A stretch of 64,000 bases of DNA, from assembly GCA_951406725.2 (NCBI GenBank), contig OX597815.1, forward strand, positions 87,296,001 through 87,360,000, written 5' to 3'. A program made the translations under genes and the position numbers. Positions 53,401 to 64,000 of the stretch are shown here, one piece after another (within the stretch, counting starts at the first letter, position 1; each line of letters opens with the position of its first letter). Source of the DNA: Octopus vulgaris. Taxonomy: Eukaryota. The notes beneath the pieces were generated by a model. That model saw only the letters and a program-made list of their open reading frames with translations, had not been told where the DNA came from and did not search any database.

Positions 53401-55173
53401 ATGTGTAGCAATCTTTGGAAACAATAAGAAATCACCTTTTATGCCTTGTGTCACTTTTTCAGCTCAGTAACAACTACTATGGAATCCGCAGAGGTACATC
53501 AACTAGAAAGCTGGCGAGGATGTTCTACATTTTTTTCTTTTAATCACACACTAATAGGCTCTTGCCCTTTACTTAATACTACATTTATCACAAGGCATTT
53601 CAATGAGCTCCTTCCATTTTTCACCACCTGGATCAGGAATTTACTGGGCAGCTTATATCAACAAAGTACTCTTTGACTTACATACAATCAAAAGTGTACT
53701 TAAGAGTTTGGTTATATTTTCACATTTTCCCTTCTCTACACAAGAAAGTTCTGTTCCTTCAAACTCCATAGAGCTTATAGAGTTTGAAGTGACACAGTTT
53801 GTGCCCCCCCCCTTACTCTTTAATTTCTGCTCACAGGCCTCAGTAATATGCAACCCAACTTTCATGAACAGCCTCTATGAAAGAAAACCTCAAAAACATC
53901 CTTGAAAGAGGACAACTTAGTCTTATTACCAGCATCAATTAAAAACTATATATTTGAAATATTCTTACAACACAACATTCTCGCTATTCTGAACAGCATG
54001 TATTCAATATCTTCCCATTCTTAATAAATGCTAGTTTTTACAATCTCTGATATCATTTCACAGTGACAACACATAACATAGTGTAGACATGGCTGTATGA
54101 TTGGAAGTTCATTTCTTAACAATGCTGCAAGAATATTTATTCATTCTAATCCTTGCTAGATGTGAAAAACAAATGAACAAAACAAGACAACTTTTCAACT
54201 CCAGTTACCTTTCCAATGACATTTTCATGAAATCTCTGAATACCACAGAACATATTTTCTAGGTAAATTGAAATATATATAAATATAACTGTATGCTAAG
54301 AGAGTTTAAGGTAGAGTATTACTTGAGACATCAGTCAAAACCTTGTAACAACATGTTATATTACAGGATAAGGTGTATATTATTCTGATATCCTCAGCTG
54401 GTTTAGCTTAAAATAATTGTGTGATTAGTAGCAGAAGAAGTATTTGTATGTCAAAATACCTGTTTCAACAATAACTATGCATATTTACAAAAAAAAAAGA
54501 AAAGATTTTTAAAAAGAACTTTACCTAATGATGCATATATGAATTTTGTTTCAAAATCCAAAGAGATCATCCAGGCCCAGCAAGGTAGGGCTGACAGGAT
54601 GGTCAAATGAGATTAGCACAGTTAAATACTTAATTTTAATTATTGTGGGTTAACTTGAAAGAACACTTGAATCAGCTAGAAATTTCAGGTGGAAAGTACT
54701 TAAGCAAAAAAACAGGTCAGGGAACTGAAGAAGTTTAAGTAGAGTAGACTGAGCAAATACAGAGGAGCAAAGGCCATAGTAGAAACAGTTTAAAAAGAAG
54801 ATGGAAGACAAAACTCAAAGTTTCATGGTAACAAACTATTATCGCTGTATCCATGAGTGAAATGAGATGGTAATTATCTTTATAGCTAGGTGGAGAGACT
54901 TTTTGCAATCCATCCAACCAAGCCAGCATAGACAACGATGACGAAAAGGAAGATATGTTGAGTCATCATTCTTAATTTCAGTATTTTAATGTTTTGATGT
55001 TATTTCAGCTAAATCTATCATGCTTTTAACTACACAAATGAGAGGAAACAGTGTCTAGCACAATATGTTTGATTAGAAAAACAAACTTTTGACAACAAAA
55101 TGTCACAACATAGAGAACAGCTATTAAATGAATCAGTCAACTTCAATAACCTCTTATGACATATTTTATGAGT

Positions 55174-55222
<49 letters not shown>

Positions 55223-55223
55223 G

Positions 55224-55474
55224 CATGTGAAAGTACGTGACCCAGTGGTTAGGCTGTTGCACTCACAATTGCTAGATCACGAGTTTGATTCCCTGACAAG
55301 GTGGTGCCCTGTGTTCTTGAGCAAAACACTTCATTTCACATTGTTCCAGTAAGTATTGTTGACCTACTTGCTTAGCCAGCGGGGTGGCGTCCTTTGAAGA
55401 CTAAAATAATGCAAAAAGCACATTGTGACCAGTGATGTGTAACAACATCTGATAACCTGGTCAGTCACATGATG

Positions 55475-55475
<1 letters not shown>
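55224..55475 (+). mobile_element. tRNA-derived SINE family C
   Basis: tgacccagtggttagg (A-box-like), gagtttgattccc (B-box-like) and gtgttcttgagcaaaacacttcatttcac (CORE/V-like). Confidence 0.7.
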
Positions 55476-55511
<36 letters not shown>

Positions 55512-55519
55512 TCTATGCA

Positions 55520-55727
55520 TGTGTGTGTGTTTGTCCCTCACCACTGCTTCAAAACCAGTATTGGTTTGTTTATATCCTCATAACTTAGTAGTTTGGCATA
55601 AGAGACCAATAAATTAAGTACCAGGCTTAAAAATAAGTAATGGGGTTGACTTATTCAACTAAACCCTTCAAAGCAATGTCCCAGCATGGCTGCAGTCCAA
55701 AGACTGAAACAGGTAAAAGATAAAAGA
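55520..55727 (+). mobile_element. SINE family A, 3' half
   Basis: caccactgcttcaaaaccag...cataacttag...cccagcatggctgcagtccaaagactgaaacaggtaaaagataaaaga. Confidence 0.85.
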
Positions 55728-55811
55728 AAGATTCTTAAAGGTGGTGATGAATATCATTAATGTATGTAAATCATCATTAATGAATTGAAATTAACCTAAG
55801 TTAATTAAAAA

Positions 55812-56129
55812 AGGCACATGGCTCAGTGGTTAGAACATCAAGGTCACAATCATGAGGTAGTGAGTTCAACTCATGAGCAAGACACTTTATTTCATGTGGC
55901 TCCAGTTAACTCAGCTGTAGAAATGAGTTGCGACGTCACAGGTGCCAAGCTGTATTGGCCTTTGCCTTTCCCTTGGATAACATCAGTGGTGTGGAGAGGG
56001 GAGGCTGGTATGTATGGGCAATTGCTGGTCTTCCATAAACAACCTTGCCCGGACTTGTGCCTCGAAGGCGAACTTTTTAGGTACAATCCCATGGTCATTC
56101 ATGATCAAAAGGGCCCTTTACCCTTTTAC
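55812..56129 (+). mobile_element. tRNA-derived SINE family D
   Basis: tggctcagtggttaga (A box), gagttcaactc (B-box-like), tgagcaagacactttatttc and a ccctttacccttttac tail. Confidence 0.72.
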
Positions 56130-56274
56130 TTTGAGAAGGAAAACAAAACTAAGCATGAAAATTCCATTTTCTGCAAAATTTTTTCCTACTTTCTTCAAAT
56201 TATCCCCCTTTTGAGAGTTGCTAACAATTGTCACTAGATTATTTTTCTTGCCATCACCAACTAAAGCAAATTTA

Positions 56275-56887
56275 CCCACTATACTTTCGGAGTGGTTGGC
56301 GTTAGGAAGGGCATCAAGCTGTAGAAACACTGCCAGATCAAGATTGAAGCCTGGTGCAGCCATCTGGTTCACCAGCCCGCAGTCACATGTCCAACCCATG
56401 CTAGCATGGAAAGCGGACGTTAAACGATGATGATGATGTGGAAAGAGTAGAACATGTGGAAGGAGTAGACCCAGGAAGACTTGGGATAAAGTGTTGAGAA
56501 AGGATCTTCAGACATTGGGCCTCACAGGGATGATATGGTGGTTTGCTGAGCTTGAGAGGAAACATCAAGCTAAGTAAAATTGTTGTTGCCTTTGCATGCA
56601 AGCATGTCCCCTGGATCTCTCTTCAACTGAGCAATCCTAATCAAGTGGGCTCATGGGTGCTGCTGCCACGTAAAATACACACATGCCAGTATCACATAAA
56701 AGCAACTATGCTGGTGCTCTGTAAAAGCACCCAGTACACTATGTAAAGTGGTTAGTGTTAGGAAAGGCATCCTGCCATAGAAACCAAGCCAAAACAGACA
56801 TGTAGCCTGGGCAGCTCTTCAGCTAACCAGCTCTTATCAAACTGTCCAGCCTATGCCAGCATGGAAAACGGACATTAAATGATGATG
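56275..56887 (+). mobile_element. Young RTE 3' module (56275-56437) abutting an older RTE 3' fragment (56438-56887)
   Basis: cggagtggttggcgttaggaagggcatc...ggaaagcggacgttaaacgatgatgatgatg, then VEHVEGVDPGRLG / GRPRKTWDKVLRKDL-like sequence and a second tail ending ggacattaaatgatgatg. Confidence 0.85.
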
Positions 56888-57164
56888 AAAACAGTTTTTA
56901 TGTGTATGTCATTCAATAAATCACCACTTATCTGAATTATACTGGTTCACTTCAGCTATTTCCCTTAGTTCATTTTTTTTTCTTTTATAACTTACTAAAA
57001 CAAGACTAGTGGCCATTTTTTTATGTTGTTAACTACATAAAGTTTCAACTAATATAATCTCCAATCACAGTCAGCGTGTTCATCTCACTTCATCCTCTCT
57101 TAACAACCTGCCTAGAATAATCACACCTCTCTTCTTCAGTTACAGGGGCCAGTTTAGGCCCTAA

Positions 57165-57382
57165 GTAGAAAGGTGATCTCACTGGTGCTGATGCCATGGA
57201 AAAAAAGGCACCCAGTATACTCTGTAAAGTGGTTGGCATTAGGAAAAGCATCCAGCAGTAGAAATTATACCGAAGCAGACGCCGGAGCATGCACAGTCCT
57301 CCAAATTGGAGGATCCTGATGAATTGTTCAACCCATGCCAGCATATAAGAAGGATGTCAAGCAATGATGATCATGATCATGA
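57165..57382 (+). mobile_element. RTE-related 3' module
   Basis: ggcacccagtatactctgtaaagtggttggcattaggaaaagcatccagc...aacccatgccagcat...gatgatcatgatcatg. Confidence 0.8.
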
Positions 57383-57680
57383 CCTGAACTCAAAACTTTT
57401 GTTATGAATGATGCAATTGAACAGTCTAGTGATTTAGAATAAAGTTTTATAATTTCAAACCCACTCACAGCCAGCCTAAAAAGTACTGAATTCTGTGAAA
57501 TAAAGCTTGAGTATAGTTAAAGATTACACCAGATAACATTCTCGGCAAATAACACTGAAACAAATGTGGTTGACCCTCTAAATAACCTTTACAATTTAGC
57601 CTTAAAAAAAATAAACAACAAAAGTGAACATTTAAGTAACAAATAAATCATCTTAAACTACCCTCCTTATCAAGCTTTAA

Positions 57681-57899
57681 CCCTTTAGTATTTAAACCGG
57701 CCATATCCGGCCAAAATAGTTAATCTGTTTTATGTTCAAACTGACCAGATCCAGGCTCTCACACCTACCCTACAATGTTATTCTACATTAAGTAGTTACA
57801 CCATCAAGATCTTGAAGATATGAGAAAATGCATGATTAATTCAAATCAATGGCAATCAATAAGCATTATGTTTGATAGAATAATCGGAACACTAAAGGG
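57681..57899. mobile_element. piggyBac-like MITE (219 bp)
   Basis: TTAA on both sides (57677-57680 and 57900-57903) and TIRs ccctttagtatt / aacactaaaggg. A second copy lies at 62515. Confidence 0.9.
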
Positions 57900-57940
57900 T
57901 TAAAAACTGGAATGGTTATCAAGAGAACAAGCATACTAAC

Positions 57941-58105
57941 CCAAAGAAAATCATCATAAAAATATGCTTCATGAAGAGCAACAACATTTTCATGCCGGCA
58001 CTCATAGAGGATGTCTATTTCAACAGTAAAATCCTCAAGATCCTCTTCAGTCTTTATCTCAACTTTCTTCAATGCTGCAAATTCTCCAGTTTGCTTGTTT
58101 TGGGC
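57941..58105 (-). CDS. SLK: SLK/STK10-like STE20 kinase, internal exon (kinase subdomains II-IV), 165 nt, phase 0-0
   Basis: Translates to AQNKQTGEFAALKKVEIKTEEDLEDFTVEIDILYECRHENVVALHEAYFYDDFLW, with the beta3 Lys and the alphaC Glu in VEIDIL. It aligns with recalled human SLK [55 protein letters not shown]. Acceptor ttttgcag ends at 58106 and donor GTTAGT starts at 57940. Confidence 0.96.
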
Positions 58106-59303
58106 CTGCAAAATATTGAAAGTCACAACATATATAATTGCATAGGGAGCTATTAAAAACATAAAAAAAAAGATTAGCAATGAAAGATTTAATAAATCAG
58201 TCTTCAGAGAATTAGTGACAAAACAGAGTATCAATGTCACCACCATTATTTGTAATTTTATAGCTCTTAATTCAGTGAAGGTACGTTTCCATGTGAATGG
58301 ATTAAACAAGCAAGTGGGTTTAACACTTAGAACAGTTTTATGTAACAGCAACAATTATACCAATGAAATCATCAAACTGATAAAAGAAAAGGAAGTAATA
58401 TGCACATTATTTACACTGAATTACACATTTCTCCTTTTCACACAACTTAAAAAATGTAATTAATTCTAAATCAATGAAAATTGTTTGAACAAGATGAAAG
58501 TTATAATCAGTTATTTTTAAAGAGCTATTCACAAAATTATTTATGCTCTTATAGTAAAAATTTTTTCAAACTATCATAGATGGGATGGTTTTGTTGGATC
58601 ATAGCTTTTACAGATAGCTGACCTCCAGCATTTACTCAAATGTACAGTAGTCAGTATGTGCAAAAATCTTAGGCTATGCAAAATTCTTCCTCTGAAAAAA
58701 TATGTTCATACAGAATGATTAATATGTATAATTATCAATTGCTGCATTATTTTAAGCCACTGACTTTTTATGCATACAATTTCTGTTGTGTGCTGCTTGT
58801 AAAAGCTGAGTATGTGAACACACACACACACAGGTTAAAAGGAACAATGCTGATCACCATACTAACTATGAGATAGGACAGGATTTTCAACTAGTGGGGC
58901 TGCCTGAAGCAGAGTATATATACTACCTAGAAACATATAGTAATGTTTGAGCTAATAGCTATCTTGTGAGTTGTATGACATTAACCCTACAGCCAATGTG
59001 ATTCCCCCCTTGCAAATTTTAAAAAATTTGCTGCCTCTAAATATTTTCATCACAGCCCGTCCCAATAACAAAAAACTCAGTAAGCCAAACAGCCCAGTAC
59101 TGATAAGCAGGTCGCAGTTTTCTGTGCAAGTTTCTTACTATATTTTTAGACACTTTACCATATGAGCCTCCTCACCTTCAATGTAACCTCACAATATCAC
59201 AAACAGCCATTTTTCTTTTCCTCTATCTTTTAAAAAAAAAACTGATAAGTCATGCTGATAGATATTAAGTAAAAGATATGACAGAAAAATAGGAAAATAT
59301 ATA

Positions 59304-59361
59304 GAATAAAAAAAGAATAATTAAAAGGATGAATAAAAAAAGAATAATTAAAAGGATGAAT
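59304..59361. repeat. Perfect 27-bp tandem duplication
   Basis: gaataaaaaaagaataattaaaaggat occurs twice, followed by gaat. Confidence 0.9.
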
Positions 59362-59419
59362 CAAACTTGGAAAGGGAGGGAAAATTTACAGTAACTAGAT
59401 CATAATAAGGATGTTTAAT

Positions 59420-60179
59420 TTTCAGATATTATTGTGAAGAAATATATCTGAAGAGTTTTGGAAATGTGGAATCATAGGCAGACTGAGAAACCAAGCTTCA
59501 TATGTGATAGATGCAGTGGAACAGTACATATTATAAGTACACTGGAAATAGATTTTCTAAAATGCCTGGATGGCTCATAAGAAGTAGTTGACTGCTTTTG
59601 TTACCAAGCAGATATAATTAGTAGGGAGGTGGTTGCTCTGAAAGTATATAAGCTAGGATAGGAATGAGTTGGAAATGTTCAGGGAGCTATTACTGCTGCA
59701 GAGACCAAATGACTTTTCCCTTAAAGTGAAGGGCAGATTGCATGACGTTTGTGTTGGAACTGCCATGCTGCATAGCAGTGGAACATGAGCCTTGAATGCA
59801 GAGGGCTTTAAATGACTGGAAAGAAATGAAGCAAGCATGCTCTACTGAATGTGCATTGTAAGTGTGCATGAACAACAAAGTACAAATATTTTGAGATAAA
59901 AACTGGATATTAGATGAATCAGATGTAGTGTGCAAAAAAGAAAATTGCATTGATATGAATATATGATGCATATGGATGAGGAGAGTTGTATAAAGACATG
60001 CCAATCAATGTAGATGGAACTTGCAGAAGAGGAAGTCCAAAGAAGACATAGGGCAATGTGGTGAAGGCTGATCTCAGGACCTTGAACTTCACAGGAGATG
60101 ATATAAAATCAAGACAACTGGCAGTATGCAGTTCTTGAGAAAACCTGCTCATCTCAGTGAAATTGAGATTCAGAATGGG

Positions 60180-60266
<87 letters not shown>

Positions 60267-60515
60267 TGTGTGGGTGTGTGTGCGTGTGTGTGTGTGTGCG
60301 TACGCGCGTGCAGAACTGAACCCTTCACCCAATTTCTTCCTTAAGCCATTCCCATGATCCATCACCTCTCTAACTGCAGTATTCTGCTGCCGTAATTAAA
60401 TGTAAGCAGACCTGAATACTTCCCCAGCTTTTCCCCAATACCACTTATCATTCTCATTGTCTGGAACCATTTCACTTGTTAGCCATCCTTCATTTTCAAT
60501 ACTGTTCTTCTCACA

Positions 60516-60552
<37 letters not shown>

Positions 60553-61095
60553 TGCATCATTATTACTATTCTGCTGCTCTTCATCTCACCTTTTCTGCAC
60601 AGTCAGTTATCTCCAAATCTCCCTACCTCTCCTTAACTCATATATATCACTGTATCATTGATTACTCCCACTCCTCAAACTCTACCCAATCTCTGCAACT
60701 GTCACCTACTCTTCCCTTCAACATATACTTATCTCTCAACACTTGTTCTTCACTTATTATATTACCCCCACATCCATTCCCTCTATCGCTAACCATCTCT
60801 CACTCTCCCATATATTCTTGCAATCTCAACCCACCCACACTGTTCTACCCTCATTTACTTGTACTCACTTCATACCTTGAGGATCCAGCCTGGTTATTCT
60901 CACCGTCTCTCCTATGTATGTAGCTATGTAATTCCTCTACAACATGAAACCTGTTCTGTTCTGGCCCTTTCTCTCATATTTTAACCCCTCATCTCCTTAC
61001 ATAAACCTGCTTTAGTTGAAAGAGGTCTTAGTCTTGCAAGTTGTGTGATATCCTCACTAGTTTTGATATAATGAAAAAAAAGCATCCAGCACATG
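59420..61095 (+). mobile_element. Degraded RTE LINE 3' region with long 3' UTR, interrupted by (GT)n at 60184-60300 and (CT)n
   Basis: Broken frames give EVVDCFCY, WKCSGSY / FRELLLL, FSLKVKGRLHDVCVGTAMLHSSGT*ALNAE, LERNEASML and CRRGSPKKT*GNVVKADL. This is the same family as 10717. Confidence 0.8.
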
Positions 61096-61486
61096 ACGGC
61101 ATTTATTGGTATGTTGAGACATTAAGAGGAAAGCAGCAATATTAAAGGAAAGTAACACGATTATTAACTTGAGCCATGTGGGCTGTGTTAAGGCAGAAAA
61201 TTGTTGTTCAAGGTACAGACAATTGAGAGGAGATTCACAATACCATGTGCAATACGATGGTCACAAGAATTGAAGTGCAGACAACAGGTCATGGTGATCT
61301 AGTGGTGTTGCATCAGATGTCCAATAAGTGTTCCAAAACAATATGCCTGTCACTGACCAATTTAGGCACTGGTATTTTACTTAGTAAACTATGTTCTTGG
61401 TAGTACAGATGAAGTAGTTGGTGACATGGAATGAGGTGTGAAAATATATTTTAGTGCCTGTGTATGTATGTATGTATGTGTGTGTG

Positions 61487-61518
<32 letters not shown>

Positions 61519-61953
61519 ATACTGAGCTACTAAAAGATCTATTTAGTTGTCCAACCAACTCAGTTTAGAACCAACACACTATCTAAACTCTTTAGAATAA
61601 ACACAAGCCTTATATTTTACAATAACATGCCCTCAGTAAAAATAGGACAGCTACTGGAAGAAAATGTCAGTTAAATGCTTTGTTTAATGAACTATCTCTG
61701 AGTCATAGGCAGATAATAATGATGAATCAATCTTTAGATACTGTCATGAAAAATACACTGAAATTAATATTAATTCAGACTGCACACTAATTATCAGATA
61801 TCAGCTAAACTCTTTATACTATAAGTGGTTTAGTTTAGTTAGGACTAGTAATAGATGCAAAGAGTAGCTACTGCAAGCTCACATAACTCACTATCAACTT
61901 TTTCGAAACATTAGTAAAAAATCTGAACCAAATAATTTATGGGCATGAATTAG

Positions 61954-62038
61954 AATGTAAAATTAATTTAGAAATCTACCTTCTATTTAAATTGCTCCAA
62001 TTTAAATAGAAGGTAAATTTATAAATTAAGTTTACATT
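61954..62038. repeat. Near-perfect inverted repeat with 41-bp arms, a 3-nt loop and 3 mismatches
   Basis: aatgtaaaattaatttagaaatctaccttctatttaaattg-ctc-caatttaaatagaaggtaaatttataaattaagtttacatt. Confidence 0.95.
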
Positions 62039-62514
62039 GTTCCAATTTAAATAGACAAAAGAATAAGAAAATATTCCAAGTAGTTGCCTTCTTAAGACAG
62101 AAGCTATTCATTTGAACTATTATTATACCACAGCCACACAAACACTATAGTATCTCTAAACTTCTGCAGCAGCAACAACTGAATACACTCAGCTCCATAA
62201 CTATGGACAGGAAGGTGTATATACGTGCTCTACTTATAGTGACTAAAGAAAAATAACAAATAAAAGGAGGTTGTAGAGAAACTTGCAAACTATTTTTACA
62301 TGACTATATATTAGCACTGACACATCACCAAAATCTAGAGCTATGAATTTGCTTATGCTATATTCTTAGCAACTGCATTCTGTAAATATTTTCCAAGCCT
62401 CCCAAATTACAATTTAAACTTATAGATTAATGATGCACTAAACAAATTATGCAATGTACACTGTTTAATGCATTATAAATTAATTAATCACACAATCAAC
62501 AAAAATACTATTAA

Positions 62515-62732
62515 CCCTTTAGTATTCAAACCAGCCATATCCAGCCTAAATATTCTACCTCCTTTATGTTAAAACTAGCCAAATCCAGCCTCTTACATAT
62601 ACCCAGCAATATCATTCTTAAAGTAAAGAGTCACATCACAGAAATCTCAGTTATGAGACAAAACATGACTAATACAGGGCAATGTGAATATATAAGCATT
62701 ACATTTCACAGAGTAATCTGAATACGAAAGGG
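62515..62732. mobile_element. piggyBac-like MITE (218 bp), same family as 57681
   Basis: TTAA|ccctttagtattcaaaccagccatatccagcc...ctgaatacgaaaggg|TTAA. Confidence 0.88.
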
Positions 62733-63589
62733 TTAAACAAATCAGACTAACCAATATAGCAAGGTTATAATATATTATGACTATAAATAGCTTATTGTAG
62801 TTCTCTTCATGTCTGATGAAAACTCCAATTAGAGGAGCAACTGGCTAAATCAATCCCTTTTCTTGTTCAGAGAATGATAAAAAAGACATTTGCTAATATT
62901 TGTCAACATTTAGATTGCACATCTCAGTGATGGCTAAAATTTTTATTATTGTTAGGTATACCTTACTATACATTTCTTATCATGAAACTTATGGAATATG
63001 GACAAGTTTGTTATGTTTTTGTTTTTGTAGTTTTTTTTCTGCAGAAACCAAAAAGATGTTGCAAGGCAAATGAATAAACAGTCTTCAACTAATCAATAAT
63101 TAGATTTCTTTGCATAATATATAGAGATCAGGGTATAATGGAATTGAAGTGATTTGTCAGCATACTTTTTAATAGGATTTTTAGTGAGAAATACAACAAA
63201 AAATGTGAACTGAACTAAAAAATATAATTCATTTTCAAGTTCAAAAGGATTAATTTTTCCTTATTAGGATTTGTTTTTAATGGATGGATAGCTGCATTTT
63301 TCCTGAGGCTGAATGAATTATAGTACTCTTTGATAAGTCTCGAAAATAACTTTGCAGATGTATCATTCTTTTTCACTAAATCTGATAAAATTTATATTTT
63401 CTAAATATTAAAAAACAGGTTTTCTAATTTTCAATGACCTTTACCTTAAAATTTGGAACAGTAACTACCACATAGATGACAACCATTTATACAACTATGT
63501 CTATAGCAAAATTTTCATATGCAATGCAATCAAATTTCCTGTTTTAATGATTTTTTCATAATATCTCTGCTGCTAAAAGTATTGTATTT

Positions 63590-64000
63590 TCTTCACTGGT
63601 GACTTCAACAAGCATTAGATTCCATACTGCACATGGAGACTGTAGTTTTGGTCCTTGAAATGAAGAGGAAACAAGGCAGCTGCAGTTCTGTAATGCAAAT
63701 GACTTGATGATCTGCAAACACTAACTTCAAGAAACCAGTCAGTCATCAATCAATCTGGTTGGCACACAATCCAAGTTGGGTACATTCTCACCAGAAAACA
63801 AGATAGACCGATGCTTATGAATACAAAGTCCTTCTCAGTAGAAGAATGTACAACACAACATAGGTTAGTGGCTAGTGACTTCAGACTTAGAATTAAAAAG
63901 ACTGAGAAATGCAAACCAGTCTTTTATAGAAAGTTATGGAAGCTTAAAGATCCAATGAACAGTCAGAAAATTAGAGAAGTACTAGTTGAAGCATAGGAGA
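63590..64000 (+). mobile_element. RTE LINE APE endonuclease remnant, running off the window
   Basis: GDFN...HGDCSFGP*NEEETRQLQFCNANDLMIC.TNFKKP...YILTRKQDRPMLMNTKSFSVEECTTQHRLVASDF...KLWKLKD. Confidence 0.88.

Larger units (their letters stand above)
16963..57940 (-). other. SLK: 40,978-bp GT-AG intron of the SLK-like gene
   Basis: Bounded by a GTTAGT donor and a CAG acceptor. The flanking exons are contiguous in the kinase alignment (FLW|MFIEFC), so no constitutive exon is missing. Confidence 0.9.

Noticed and set aside
57866-58354. 162-aa ORF as a complete protein
   Set aside because: Only 57941-58105 is kinase-like and bounded by splice sites. The hydrophobic N-terminal part and the C-terminal tail are read-through into AT-rich intron and a MITE.
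59919-60365. ORFs with HT/CV/RE/LS dipeptide runs (also 8317, 17565, 38044 and 55128)
   Set aside because: These are translations of dinucleotide microsatellites.

Overview
AT-rich, CpG-poor animal genomic DNA. The repeat families look like those of a coleoid cephalopod (Octopus-like), which is inferred from recalled SINE/RTE consensus motifs and not from a search. The whole window appears to lie inside one minus-strand gene encoding a STE20-family GCK-V kinase (SLK/STK10/Slik orthologue). Three consecutive kinase-domain exons are present: 58105-57941 (165 nt), 16962-16764 (199 nt) and 14896-14824 (73 nt, absent from the ORF track). They splice in frame through canonical GT-AG introns of 40,978 and 1,867 bp. 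The Gly-loop exon and the APE exon were not found and probably lie outside the window. Only 437 of 64,000 nt code for this gene. The rest is intronic and contains many transposon relics: tRNA-derived SINE families, RTE, CR1-group and possibly CRE-like LINE fragments, two mariners, a pogo/POGK-like element with an internally deleted relative, piggyBac-like MITEs, a Helitron, Helentron-type elements, microsatellites and short tandem or inverted repeats. I found no convincing novel multi-gene system. The best leads are an unusual kinase activation loop (Pro at the SLK T183 position, Cys at R186), a 41-bp fold-back hairpin, and several composite or related transposon structures. Repeat boundaries were read by eye and are approximate unless stated as exact.
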